Source: Emiliania huxleyi CCMP1516 (lineage: Eukaryota). From it: 64,000 nucleotides of DNA. Location: the NCBI RefSeq assembly GCF_000372725.1, contig NW_005201392.1, forward strand, positions 863,620-927,619, in the 5' to 3' direction. The translations under genes were made by a program, and so were the position numbers. A model generated the notes under the pieces. It was not told the DNA's origin. It saw only the letters and a program-made list of their open reading frames with translations, and did not search any database. Each line of letters opens with the position of its first letter. Position 1 is the stretch's first letter. Below, piece after piece: positions 49,701-61,146 of this stretch.

Positions 49701-52700
49701 ATGACGAGGACGCCATTCCGCTTGCCGCCCGTCGCCTCGATGTAAGCAGCGAGCCGGCAGATAGTGGCCAAGGCCGTGAGCGTCTTGCCAGCGCCGACGG
49801 CGGAGGCGTCGGCGTGGCCGAGCCGGCCGCTTTTGACGCCGCTCACCACCTTCGTGACGGACGCCTCCTGGTGCGCCCATAGCGTGGTGGTCGTCGTCGG
49901 CAGCGGCAGATACTCCTCGCCTGCACCCCCCGCCGCCTCGTCAGCACCGTCGAGTGCAGCCGCCGCCGACTCCGCCGAGCTGCTAGCCTGACCCGCGGCC
50001 TCGCTCTTCGTCTGCGCCGTCGATCGCCGCGGCCGCTTGCAGCTAGCGCCAGCCGAGTTCGCGATGGCGCTACTGCCAGCCGCGGCAGGCGGGGCGGCGG
50101 CGCCGGTGGCAAGAACGCCCAAGGGCGGTGCGGAGAGGGAGGCGGCCGAGGGCACGGCGCCGCGGCCGAGCCACTCGAGAGACACGAGGAGGTGGTGGTA
50201 GCCGGCGCCGCGCGAGCGCACCCGCCACTTGAGCGCGCCTTCCGGAGATATGGGGAGATATGGGGAGATATGGGGAGATATGGACCTTGACCCGCCACTT
50301 GAGCGCGCCTTCCTTGAGGAGCGCCGTCGGGTAGAGGCACTCGAGCGCGTGGAAGAGCCGCAGCAACACGCCCTCACTCATGTCGCGCGGTGAGCCGCTG
50401 CCGTCGGCGAGGACCGGCCCCAGCACGACGTGCTCCGCGTCGCGAGTCTTGATGGCGAGCAACGCGTCGCGCCTAGGGTGAGGGAGGTCGCCTGATTAAT
50501 GAATGAATCAATCCGGCGAGATTCGACGAGCTACGGCTAAGCGGCGGGGGGACTCGGACGGTCGTGGCGACGAGGCGAAGGGTGGGGGTGCGACGGCGTA
50601 CCACGTCCGCGTGACGATGCCACCGCTCACGGCTAGCGGCAGCCAGTCGTACACGAGCCCCTCCTGCGCCCCAAGCCGCCGGGCCTCGGCGGCGTACGCG
50701 TGGAGCGCTTGCATAACGCGGAGCACCGCCTCGCCCGAGGGCAAAGTGGCCGCCTGTCCGGGAGGCGAGAGCGCGAAGGCAGCTCAAGGGGCAGGGAAGG
50801 ACGGCTGCGGCGAGAGGGCTGGCGCTCGAAGGGGGTGGGCTGGTCTGCATGCGTGAGTCGAGATGGATCCCCGGTGCGTGAGCGGGGTTGAGGAGCGAAC
50901 CACAGAGGGCGCGCCTCGTCTGGCACGACGTACAGCGCGACGCGCAAGAGAGACGCCCGCTCACTGCCGGGGTCGAGCTCGAGAGGCTTGTGGTTCTTGA
51001 GGTCGAGCGAGCACGGCGCGATCACAGCGCGCGCGTCAAAAGCCTCCACCTCCCTCCCGGCGATGCTGAAGCTCCAGCCGCCGCCCGCCCCGAGCGTGGC
51101 AGTGAGCTTCACCGCCCGCTCCGCAGCCTCCTCTTGCCCCGGAGCCGCATCCAAGGCCCACTGCAGGCCGGGCGGCGGCAGCGGCAGCGCGACCGTCTTT
51201 CCGCGCGCCCAATGCTCCGCCACGGCCCGCTCCGCCGCCTCGACGAGCAGCCGGTCCACCTCCTGGCCGGAGTGCCGCCGCACGTAGCCGAGGCTAGGGA
51301 CCGCCTTGGCGCCCGACTCGCCGCTGGCAGGGCCTTCCGCTGCAGCCGCGTCACGCGCCTTGCCGATGCGCTGGACGAGTAGAGGCTCGGCGGCATCGCC
51401 GCAGAAGAGCACGCTGAGCGTCTCCTACAGCCACGATAGAGCGGCGGTGGAGCTGGGAACCGAGGTGAGCGATGGGACTTCCCAACTGCACCTTCTCGCC
51501 CTCGTCACCAGACGACACCTCGAGTTCGACCGCCGAACCGAACGCGAGGAGGAAGGCGATGCGACCGTCGTGCTCGCTCGGGGATGCCCCGATCACAAAT
51601 CGCTGCATGCGAGCGATGTGCTCCTCGCCACCCTCAGTGGCGGCGGCGGCGGCGGCGGCGGCGAGGGGCGCGCAAAGCAGCGCGGCGCCCGCGGCGGGAG
51701 CCAACGCCATCCGCTGCTGCTGCCAACGCTGCACCGCCTCGAAGCACTCGACCAGCTCCGTCTCCTTGTCGGAGAGCGTGCCGGTGGGCGTCACCACCTC
51801 GCGGGCCGTCGTGTAGAGAGTCGTCTCGGCCGCGGGCCGCTCGCCCGCCGCGCGCGGAGGAGCGGCGGTGTTCCCCCACGTGGTGAGCCGCGCGAGCGAC
51901 TGCCGCTCCTGCATTCGTGCGTTCGCCTCCGAGAGAAGCTTGCGCACCTGCCGCGCAAGGGCGGGCAACGAATGCTTCTTCCAGCTGGCGGGAGGCGCCG
52001 CGAGCAGGGCCTGCAGCAGCAGCAAACTGGACGGGCAGACTTGCGGCTCGAAAGCGGCGAGTCGGCACTCGGAGTCCAAACGCACCACCCGAGACTCTGC
52101 CACCGGCGGCGCATCTCCCGCCTCCCACCCGTCGAGCAGCGCCAGCTCGCCCGGCACCGCGTCCGCCTCAAGCCGGCTGCGGCCGCTGGCGTCCCGCGAA
52201 TACCACTCGGTGAAGCTGGGGTTGAGGTACGCGACGATGGCGGCGCCTAGGGGAGATAGGGGCAGATAGGGGGAGATAGGGGGAGATACGAGGTACGCGA
52301 TGGTGGCGGCGCCTAGGGTTGAGGTCCGGCCCGGTCAGGTCACGGAGACGGTCGCGGTTGCACTTCCTCCTGGCCAAGGGAAAGCAGAGGCTCCTGCCGG
52401 CTCGCCGTCAAATCGGTCCCAACGGCCCCACCGAATCGCGCCGCCCACGGCGGCCTGCGCCACCAGCAGCGTGTTGCGTAGCTCGCCCGCGCGCCCCTCC
52501 TCCTCTTGCGCCTCCTCCTCCTCCTCCTCCTCCTCCTCCTCCTCCTCCGGCGGCGGCGGCGGCGGCGGCACGAGCGACCAGCCGTAGTGCGGCCCCTTGG
52601 GCTCGTAGAACTTGTCCATAAAGCCGAGCCACTGGTTGCAGTCCCGTCCTTGCGTGCGTAGCGCCGCCGCCACTGCCTTGCGCGCGAGCGGAGGCGGAAG

Positions 52701-54284
52701 AGCCCATCCCGGGTCGGCGCGCGCAATCAGCGAGAGCGCGAGGAGCTGCTCGATGCCGAGCGCGGCGCCGTCCGCCGGCGCGTCGAACGGCGCCGCGTCG
52801 ACGAGCATCGCGCCCCACAGCGTCGAGAGCATCGCAAAGGGCCCCCCACGCGGCGGCGCGGCGGTGGCGGCGCCGCCCTCGCCTTTGCCATGCAGCAGCG
52901 CTGTGCACGCCTCCAAGAGGGGCGCCGACGAGCAGAAGCCACGGCGCACGCTCTTCTGGAGGAGCGACGCCGGGAGGCGCACCTGCGAAACCTCGGAGGA
53001 GAGCGGCGGCAGCAAAGCGGCGCCGCCCTCGGAACGGGCCGTGGTGGGGCTGGGCGCACCCGTCGCTCCCGCGCTCGCCGCTTCCGCGGGCGCCTCACGA
53101 GGGGACGTCCCCTTGCCAGAGGGGCGCGCCTCCTGCTCCGCTGGCACAAGCAGTACCCGAGGGACACCGAGCAGCACCGGCGGCGCGTCACGCGTTGCAG
53201 CCTCGAGCAGCGCCCACTCCAACTCCGCGCCCGCCGCCCGCTGCTCCTTCCACGCCGCGTCGTCGTACAGCGCGGTTGAGCACGTGGGCACTGCGTCGCC
53301 GCCGTCCCATGCCAGCCGCAGCACCAGCGGGCGGCGCGGGAACATGCCCGGCATGTCCTCCTCGACGGGCCCCGTCGGTAGCAGTCCGCCGGCGCTCAGC
53401 CGCTGAAACGTGGCGTCCCAAGGCGAGAACGGAGGGTCAGCGCACGTCTCGAGCTGGTAGGTTGCGAGCCGAGCCGCCGTCGACTTGTGCAACTCCTCGG
53501 CCGTCTCAAAGATGCGATCGACCAGCGAGAGGGGGCAGAGGGGCTTGCCGGTCTCCTCCGACACGGCCGTGCCCGCTCTCACGACAAGGAGCCGGCCGGG
53601 GAGGTTGGCGTCAAGCTGGCGGCGAGGCGGGGAGAGGGTTAGGGCGCGGGGGGGGGGGGGGGGGGGGGGCACGGGCCGCGGCGGCATGTTCACCTGCGCG
53701 ACACCCTCAGAGAGCCGGCGCTGGGCTGCCTCGGAGAGCGGCGGCCCGCCCTCGAGAGCCGTCGGGGTCGGCACAGATAGTTTGAGCTCGCGGCACGCCA
53801 CCTTGCAAAATGCGCGCACCGAGTGCTGCTCCCCCAGAGGAAGTCGGAGCTCGCTCGCCGCCTCGTGGGGCCTGCGCCAAGAGCCGCGTGCATCAGCGCA
53901 CTGGCATAGCGTGGTTTGGGGAGGGAGGGAAGGGAGGGGGGGGGGGGGGGAGGCGTGCCTGCCGCTCGACACGAGCTTGACGGCCTTGAGGACCGCCTCC
54001 GCCGACAGCAGCGGCAGCACCCCGTCGAGCGAGCGCACCTCGAAGCCGCCGCGGCCCACGGCGAGCGAGCCCGGGGGAAGGCCTCGCGCGGCAACGGTGC
54101 GCCCCGAGCCCTGTGACGGTGCGACACGGCCTTTGCCACCGCTCTTGCGGCCACGCTTCGCGGGCGTGGCCTCTCCAGCTGCCCGAGCCGCCTTTCGGCG
54201 GTCCCGCTTGCTGCTCCCCGGTGCAGCCTTAGCCTTGGGCCGCGCCGCTCCCGCGCTGCTGCTGCTCTCCTCCTCGTCCTCCGC

Positions 54285-54320
<36 letters not shown>

Positions 54321-55004
54321 CCCATCCTCCGTGTGATAGTCGCTGTCGGCGCGGTCCTCCGCCCCTGTCTCCTCCTCTGACTTCTCTGACTCCTCTGGCT
54401 CCATCGCCTTGACCGAGCCTCGCTTTGCCGTCGCCGCCGCTGCGGGGCGCGGCTCCACCGCCTTGGTCGAGCCTCGCTTTGCCGTCGCCGCCGCTGCGGG
54501 GCGCGGCTCCACCGCCTTGACCGAGCCTCGCTTTGCGGTCGCCGCCGCTGCGGGGCGCGGCTCCACCGCCTTGACCGAGCCTTGCTTTGCCGCTGGCTTT
54601 GCCGCCGCCGCAGCTGGGCGCCGCGGCTCTGTCGTCAGCGAGGATGCGGCGTGGCGAGCGGCGACCGGCGTGGACCTTGGCGGCGCGTCCTCGATCGCCC
54701 GCCTCTTCCCCGGCTCTGGCGCCACTGAGTCGGGCGACACCGAGTCGCGACACCGGCGGCGCGCGGAGCGGCCGAGCGGCACTGGCTCGCCACACGGCCA
54801 GGCCTTTTGCGGCCAACGGAGGTTGCCATCTTGCTCCTCCTGCGAAAGATCGTACCACTCGCTGGTGCCGTCGTCGAACTTCACTCTGTGGAGGCCCTTC
54901 CCAGACTCATGAGCTGCGACGTATCCGTCATACCAGGCCGGCGTTTCGTCTTCGCGAAAGAAGATGGACAAGCGGTGTGAGATCAAATCGTCACCTTGCA
55001 GCAT
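46779..55004 (-). CDS. Large multidomain protein: Tudor-like, unknown helical region, SNF2-like SF2 helicase, HhH-GPD (AlkA/MAG-like) DNA glycosylase
   Basis: WYDGYV...HRVKFDDGTSEWYDL; AVGAGKT, VIDECL, LSAT, QMKGRVDRPGQ; LESLKGIGNWSA...YGDL, WHPYRSV. Exons are joined by frame-compatible introns, including GC-AG 48399-48462. Confidence 0.72.
54395..54590 (-). repeat. Coding 54-bp tandem repeat (AKRGSVKAVEPRPAAAAT), about 3.5 copies
   Basis: gagcct recurs at 54415, 54469, 54523 and 54577. Confidence 0.9.
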
Positions 55005-55853
55005 GATATGAGCCACCACAGGTCAGGTATGGAGTGACAAGCCCGCTAATAGACGAGCAGCGAACTCACCCCGGCGATGCCGTCCTGATGCCGTCTCAGC
55101 TGCCGTCTCACGGCGACGCGCGAGGGACACAACAACCAGCGTCTTTTTTTGACTTGCCTGTGTAGAGCTAGCCCGCCCTGTGTCGAGCCTGCCTGCTGTG
55201 GGAGAGAGTTGTGTTCGGTTAAATTCTGTTGTTGCCGACTCCTTCCGCGAACGGTCGGCGCCGAACCGTCGTCCGCTTGGCCGTCTGTCCGTCCGTTCCC
55301 TCGCGTCCGTCCGCCTCTCTCTCTCTCTCTCTCTCTCTCCGAACAACACAAAGGTATTGCTAAAAATCTCTCTCTCTCTCGCGTCCGTCCGGCTGACCAA
55401 GAGGGAGAGCCACATTACAATCGAAATTCTCACTTTGGGACACGGGTGGTGGGGGTCCCGGGTGGTGGTTGGTTAGGAGCTTGGCTGTTGCGCGCGCGAT
55501 TTGTGCGAAGCGTGCGAAGCGTGCGATGGTTCTGCGCGGAGCTCGCCGTGGCCCCGCGCGGCCGTACCTACTCGCGTTTTCGGCCCACCACCTTCGACCG
55601 AGCTCACCACCATCACGTGCGCACGTTTTTTATCGTGAGCTTCTTCTACCCCATGCCAACCACCAAAGCCCGTCTCTTCCGCCTCACCCACTCCCCTTCC
55701 GATCCTACCCTCTGGATGTTCCGCCTCCCCCCCGCACACACCCTTCCTCTGTCGGGCCTGCAACAGCAAAGCCGACGTGTATCGCCCCCATGTAGCATTG
55801 CGGCTGTGTCATGAAGCATGATAGACAGACACAGAAAGCATGAACCATCGAAA

Positions 55854-56346
55854 CTTAGGGGACCCCTAGGCTTAAAAGGGTGGGCCCTGGGGCGCCTGCG
55901 GCTTAAACGGCTTAAAGCGGGCCATGGCCCCTTTTAAGGCTGCCTGGGCCGCCGATTCCTTAAACGGTCTTAAACGCTTAAACGGTGCGGAGAGCTCCCG
56001 AGGTCGATGGTCCGGGAGGCTCCCGGTAGACGCCGTAGGCCGGGAAGCTGGCTACAGTCAGCTAGCACGCGTCCCCTATGCGAGTATGGCTCCTGCCAGT
56101 GCACCAGACTTACAGATGTGTCTTCAGAGGCGGGTTTGTGCCCAATAACGGCAGTATTGGACAATTGGAGAAAACGGCGCGGAACCCAGCGACGCATGCC
56201 GGCGAGGCCGATTTTCTTAAACGATCTTAAAAGAGGGACCCCCCGTGCCTGCAATCTCTTAAATGGCAAGTTAAGCCCCCAAACCTCCTCGTTTCTTAAA
56301 AGGTCTTTAAAAACCCCGGCCCTCAGAACCCTAGGGGTCCCCTAAG
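55854..56346. mobile_element. Non-autonomous DNA transposon (MITE, hAT-like)
   Basis: Perfect 17-bp TIR cttaggggacccctagg / cctaggggtcccctaag; 8-bp TSD catcgaaa at 55846-55853 and 56347-56354; repeated subterminal cttaaa motifs. Confidence 0.92.
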
Positions 56347-57302
56347 CATCGAAAGGTCTGGTCTCCACACAGAAACTAACGTTGGACCATGCGGAGCTTT
56401 CATCTACATCGATGTGGGTCACGAGGCCCCGCCGTGCAGGGCACTACGGGGTCCGGCCGAACGTGGCAGCGGCGGAGCGTCGCGACTCCGCCCTTTGTTC
56501 GCCCAACACGCTATCCACTACCACCGACCCTGCAAACAAACTCTCTCCGACCCTGCCGCCAGCGCCGCGGCTTCGAGCTTCGCGCCGCGCGCGCTCACGC
56601 TAGGGCGCTCGCTCACCGCATCTCGGTTTTTGCGCATTGAGCGCTCTGAGGCCCCCATCACGCCGGGGATCCACGGCCGGCGAGGCGTTCCGCCGGAGGC
56701 CAACACTGGGCACGGGACTGGCGCGCACTGCACAGGTACACCACGGGAGCAGTGTTGTGCAAAACAAGAAGAAACCGCGACTCTCACAGTGATTTGGGCT
56801 CGGCAACTTGTCAACCATCAGCCGAAGCTGGAGCCGGTCCCTTGTAGCCGAGAGGAGCCCGCGCCAACGAGTTCGACGCGGTCGAGAGGCCTTGCGGAGA
56901 GACCAGCGAGTTGGCGAAGGGGGAGGTGCCAGAGGCAGACTACTTAGCTACGTAGAGACGGAGCGTCGGGAAGTTCCAGGTGTTGTGAAGATATCTCGGT
57001 TTTTGAGATTTTGTTATTCCCCCGTTATAACCCCGATACCTGGGTATCTCGGCAGTTCGGTGTGCTCGGACAACGCCCACACCCCTGTGTGGCGACCTAC
57101 TTTCGCTTCCAAGGTGCTCGCCCCGCGAGGCAACTCCTCGCTCCAGAGCCCACCCGCCCCCCTCACCACAGCCGCCGCTCCCACGTGATTCGTGTCGAAG
57201 TCACTGCGCCGCGTGCTGCGGCGACCCGTACCCGTCGCTCCCGACGCGCGGGCCTGATCGCCTTTTTCAACCTCCCCCTTCAGTCAGCGCACCGCTCTCA
57301 TC

Positions 57303-59663
57303 ATGTCGGCCGAGGAATACGAGCTTCTCAAGGCCGAGGTGGCCACGCTCCACGAGACGCTCGAGGGCAAGGGCATGAACTCGAAGGGGACGAAAGACGT
57401 CTTTGGCCGCCTCTTTCCCGTACCGGTCGACGAGGAGCACAAGTCGACCGTGCTCTTCTCCGTCATGTTTAATGGCATCGTCCCGAACTTTCCGCAGCCG
57501 CACATGCACGCCTTCTGGGCCGCCACGTTCGGCTTCTTCTCCACCTTCTTCTCCGTATTCGCGCCGGCGGCCCTCATGCCATGTGCGCCATTCGGGCCCA
57601 CCGGCGCAGCGGCCCTGCCCTACGACCCCCCGCCCCTTCCCTCTCGTCGCAGATCTCAAGAAGAGCAAGGAGGACGGGGGGCTCGACCTCACGCCGGACG
57701 ACATCGCCACCTCGGGCTCGTTCGCCGTCGCCTTCACCATCGTCATGCGCGTCCTCGCAGGCCCGCTCTGCGATGTGTTTGGTGCTCGCTGGACCTTTTT
57801 CGGCCTCCTCTGGCTCGGAATCCCGGGCATCATCGTCCTCGCTTTCGCGGAGTCCGCCCAAGCCCTTTGGGCGGCCCGCTCGATGATCGGACTCTCCTTG
57901 GCCTCCTTCGTCACCTGCCGTGCGCCCCCCCCCCCCCCCCCCTTCCCCCTTTGCAGAGGTCTGGTGCTCCCAGATGTTCACCAAGAAGATTGTCGGCACG
58001 GCCAACGCCACCGCTGGCGGCTGGGGCAACCTGGGGGGCGGCGTGACGCAGCTGGTGATGCCCCAGATCATGCTCGGCTTCCTCTCGGCGACGGACAATG
58101 ACATCGACCGCTCGTGGCGCCTCTGCATGATCGTGCCGGCGGCCCTCCACGTCATCTCCTCCATCGCCGTCATCACCGGCCGGGACCTGCCCGACGGCAA
58201 CTACCGCGAGCTCGAAAAGTCGGGCGTCAAGGAGAAGAAGAACGGCTTCAAGACTTTCGCGATCGGCGTGTCCAACGTCAACACCTGGATCCTCACGATC
58301 GGCTACGCCTTCTGCTTCGGCGTCGAGCTCACGATGAACAACAAGGCGGTGAACTACTTCTACACGTGACCGCGTAGTACGTGACTGCGTAGTACTCCCA
58401 TAGGTGCCTAACACGAACAACAACGTACTCTTATAGGTACTACGCGGTCACGCCGCAGATCGCCGGCATCCTGGGCTCGTGCTTCGGGCTGATGAACTTG
58501 TTCGCGCGCTCGTGGGGAGGCATCCTCTCTGACGCCATGAACGTCCGGTACGGCATGCGCGGCCGCTTGTGGTCCATGTGGGTCGTCCAGGCCCTCGAGG
58601 GGATGATGTGCATCATCATGGGCCAGGTCACCATCGACATGGCGTCGCCCGACCGGATGCTCAAGCCGGGCTCGGACGACTTTGTGCGGCCGGTCTACGA
58701 CAAGGACCCGTCCGTGCAGCCGCAGGACGGCATGTGGGGCATGTGGAACACGACGAACCCGCCGACGGGCTTCCCTTACACGTGCGAACCACCCGACCCC
58801 GACCTCTCAGACACCGCCCTGCTCGCGCGGAAACTCCTCTCACCGCTTCCTTCGCGGCGCAGGTACAACACGGAGTACACCTTCACCATCAACTCCACCA
58901 AGTCGGCGTGGGTCAAGCCCTGCGGCTCCAACTCGATCAAGACTCCCGACACAGGCGTGCTCTTCTACGGCACGGAGAACGCGATCGAGCTGCCCTTGCC
59001 GACAACCTCCAACTTCATCGTCGTCGGCGACGTGATGGACGAGGAGTGTGTCCGCAACCAGGGCACGCTCGGCGTCACGATGGTGGTGATGGTCCTCTTC
59101 TCCATCTTCGTCCAGGCGCCGTTGCGACCCTGGCCGAGATGCCGCCTCGACCCCCCCCCCCCCCCCTAGCCAGCGGCTAACGGTCCGCCCCCTCCCGCCA
59201 CAGATGGCGGAAGGCCTCCACTTTGGCGTCGTCCCTTACGTGTCGGCGCCAGCCCTGGGCGTCGTCTCGGGCATGGTCGGCGCGGGCGGCAACTTTGGCG
59301 CTGTGATGGGCTCCAAGTTCATCGTGGGACCTCCCAGCGTCGGCCCCCCCTCGGTCGACAAGGGCTTCATCAACCTCGGTCCGCGTCGTGCCAGCCAGCG
59401 GAGTGTAGGTTCGCCGCCACGAGAGGCTCGCCTGATCTGCCCCGGCCCGTCCTCCCCGTCTCACAGGCGCCATCATCATGGGCACCTCGCTCCTCTTCTT
59501 TGGGATGTACTTCCCGGAGCACGGGGGCATGCTCTTCAAGAAGGGCGCCCTCGGCAACTACGACCCGCAGCTCTACAAGCCCGTCGACGGAGAACGCGGC
59601 GCTGACCAGATGGACTACTCCAAGGCCGCGGACAAGGTGACCAAGAATGGTGCGAGCGTCTGA
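57303..59663 (+). CDS. NRT2: High-affinity nitrate transporter (MFS, NNP family), multi-exon
   Basis: PHMHAFW; ANATAGGWGNLGGG nitrate signature; FGVELT; GLMNLFARSWGG; GVVSGMVGAGGN. Confidence 0.95.
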
Positions 59664-61146
59664 GCGAGCAACAAGAACGGGCGCTACCGCGGTGATCACC
59701 TCTGTTCGTCGGCGCCACGCGCGTGAGTCGCTCGCGCGCCGCGGTCCCGACGAGGGCACGAGACGCTCGGACCACTGAGGACGCCGCTTGTACACTTTGT
59801 AGCCGCTAGGATACCTTAGGAAGCTCACACGTCGCTCGTCACGTGTGCTTTCGTCCGTGCGTGTGTGAGTGGGCTCGTGCACCGGTGCACGCCGTCTCGG
59901 CCCCATGCGTGTGAGTGAGCGCGCATCCCCTGAGGACGCGCCCCAGTCCCGCGAGAGGCCTCATAGCAAAATGGACGGCGCGCCTGTACACAAACTAACA
60001 AACAGTGAAACGACGCCGTGGTGCAGTTCTCAGTTGCACACATGCAGAGGCTTCATAATTGTCGCGAGCGATGCCCGAGCTCCACACCGGCTCCCTCGTC
60101 GGCTGCTCTCAGTCCACTGTCCTGTGTGCGCGTCCAGCCGCTGCGGTCATGCGCACAGCTCATGATGGCAGAAGCCTCTCGCGTGTTGCCCGGGGGCGTT
60201 GGCTTCGGAGTTAGTGCATTCATCGACCACAGCCGGGATGGAAGCTTCCTGCTTCCATCTGATTAATTTTCCATGAGCCGATGGGTGAAGCTGAAGGGGA
60301 GGGAGGACGCGTGGTGGCGCTGGCCTGGAGTTCTGAAGCTCACCCATTGAGGAAGTGAGGTACTGCTCCGCCCACCCTGATCCTGCTGAACAAGCTCCTC
60401 TTGTAGCTCGATCGGTCACACCGCCACCACCGCCGACGTCTCCCACCCACCCAGTGAGACGAACGATGGAGAGGGGGGGGGGGGGGGGGGACGACACTGC
60501 TTCTGCAGCGTGCACCTCGATCCTGTACCGTGTTTGTTATGACCCCCCCCCCATGAACACACCAGCGAGGGAGGGCGAGACGATCGAGAGGTCCCGTACC
60601 ACGCGGAATCGACCCTATCCAGTCAGTGCTCAAGTGCTCAAGTTTGTGCAGGAGCGCCGATCTGGCGATGTCTGTCTGGCTACCGGCCGGACCAGTACCG
60701 GCCGGACCAGGTCCCTACTCGAGTACGACCGACCGACCGCTACCGCCAGGGCAGCCCGCCCTATAACACAGCGACAGAGCGCAAGCGAAAGCTAAGCACC
60801 CACACCCACACCCACGCCACAGAGAGTGAGCGCTCACAGCCACAGTCAGATCCGTCTCGACAATGACAAGCCGACTCGAGGCTCGAGGAGACCCAGGGAA
60901 CACGCTCAACCATACTGTGTCGGGCGGGGGAACCACCGCAGTGTCGCGACTGATGGAGACCGGCTCGACTCGCTGCGGTGACGACAACTTCCCAGCAAAG
61001 ACGCCGGGTGCGCTCGTAGCCTCACTGGCGATGTCCGGGGCGTGGCGGCGGATTGTACTGGCGGCTATGATTCTGGACATGGCGAGTGCTGTCCAGCTGC
61101 CTCGACCAATGCTTTCGCCGCCACTGGACTGGGCTGTGAGCTCACA

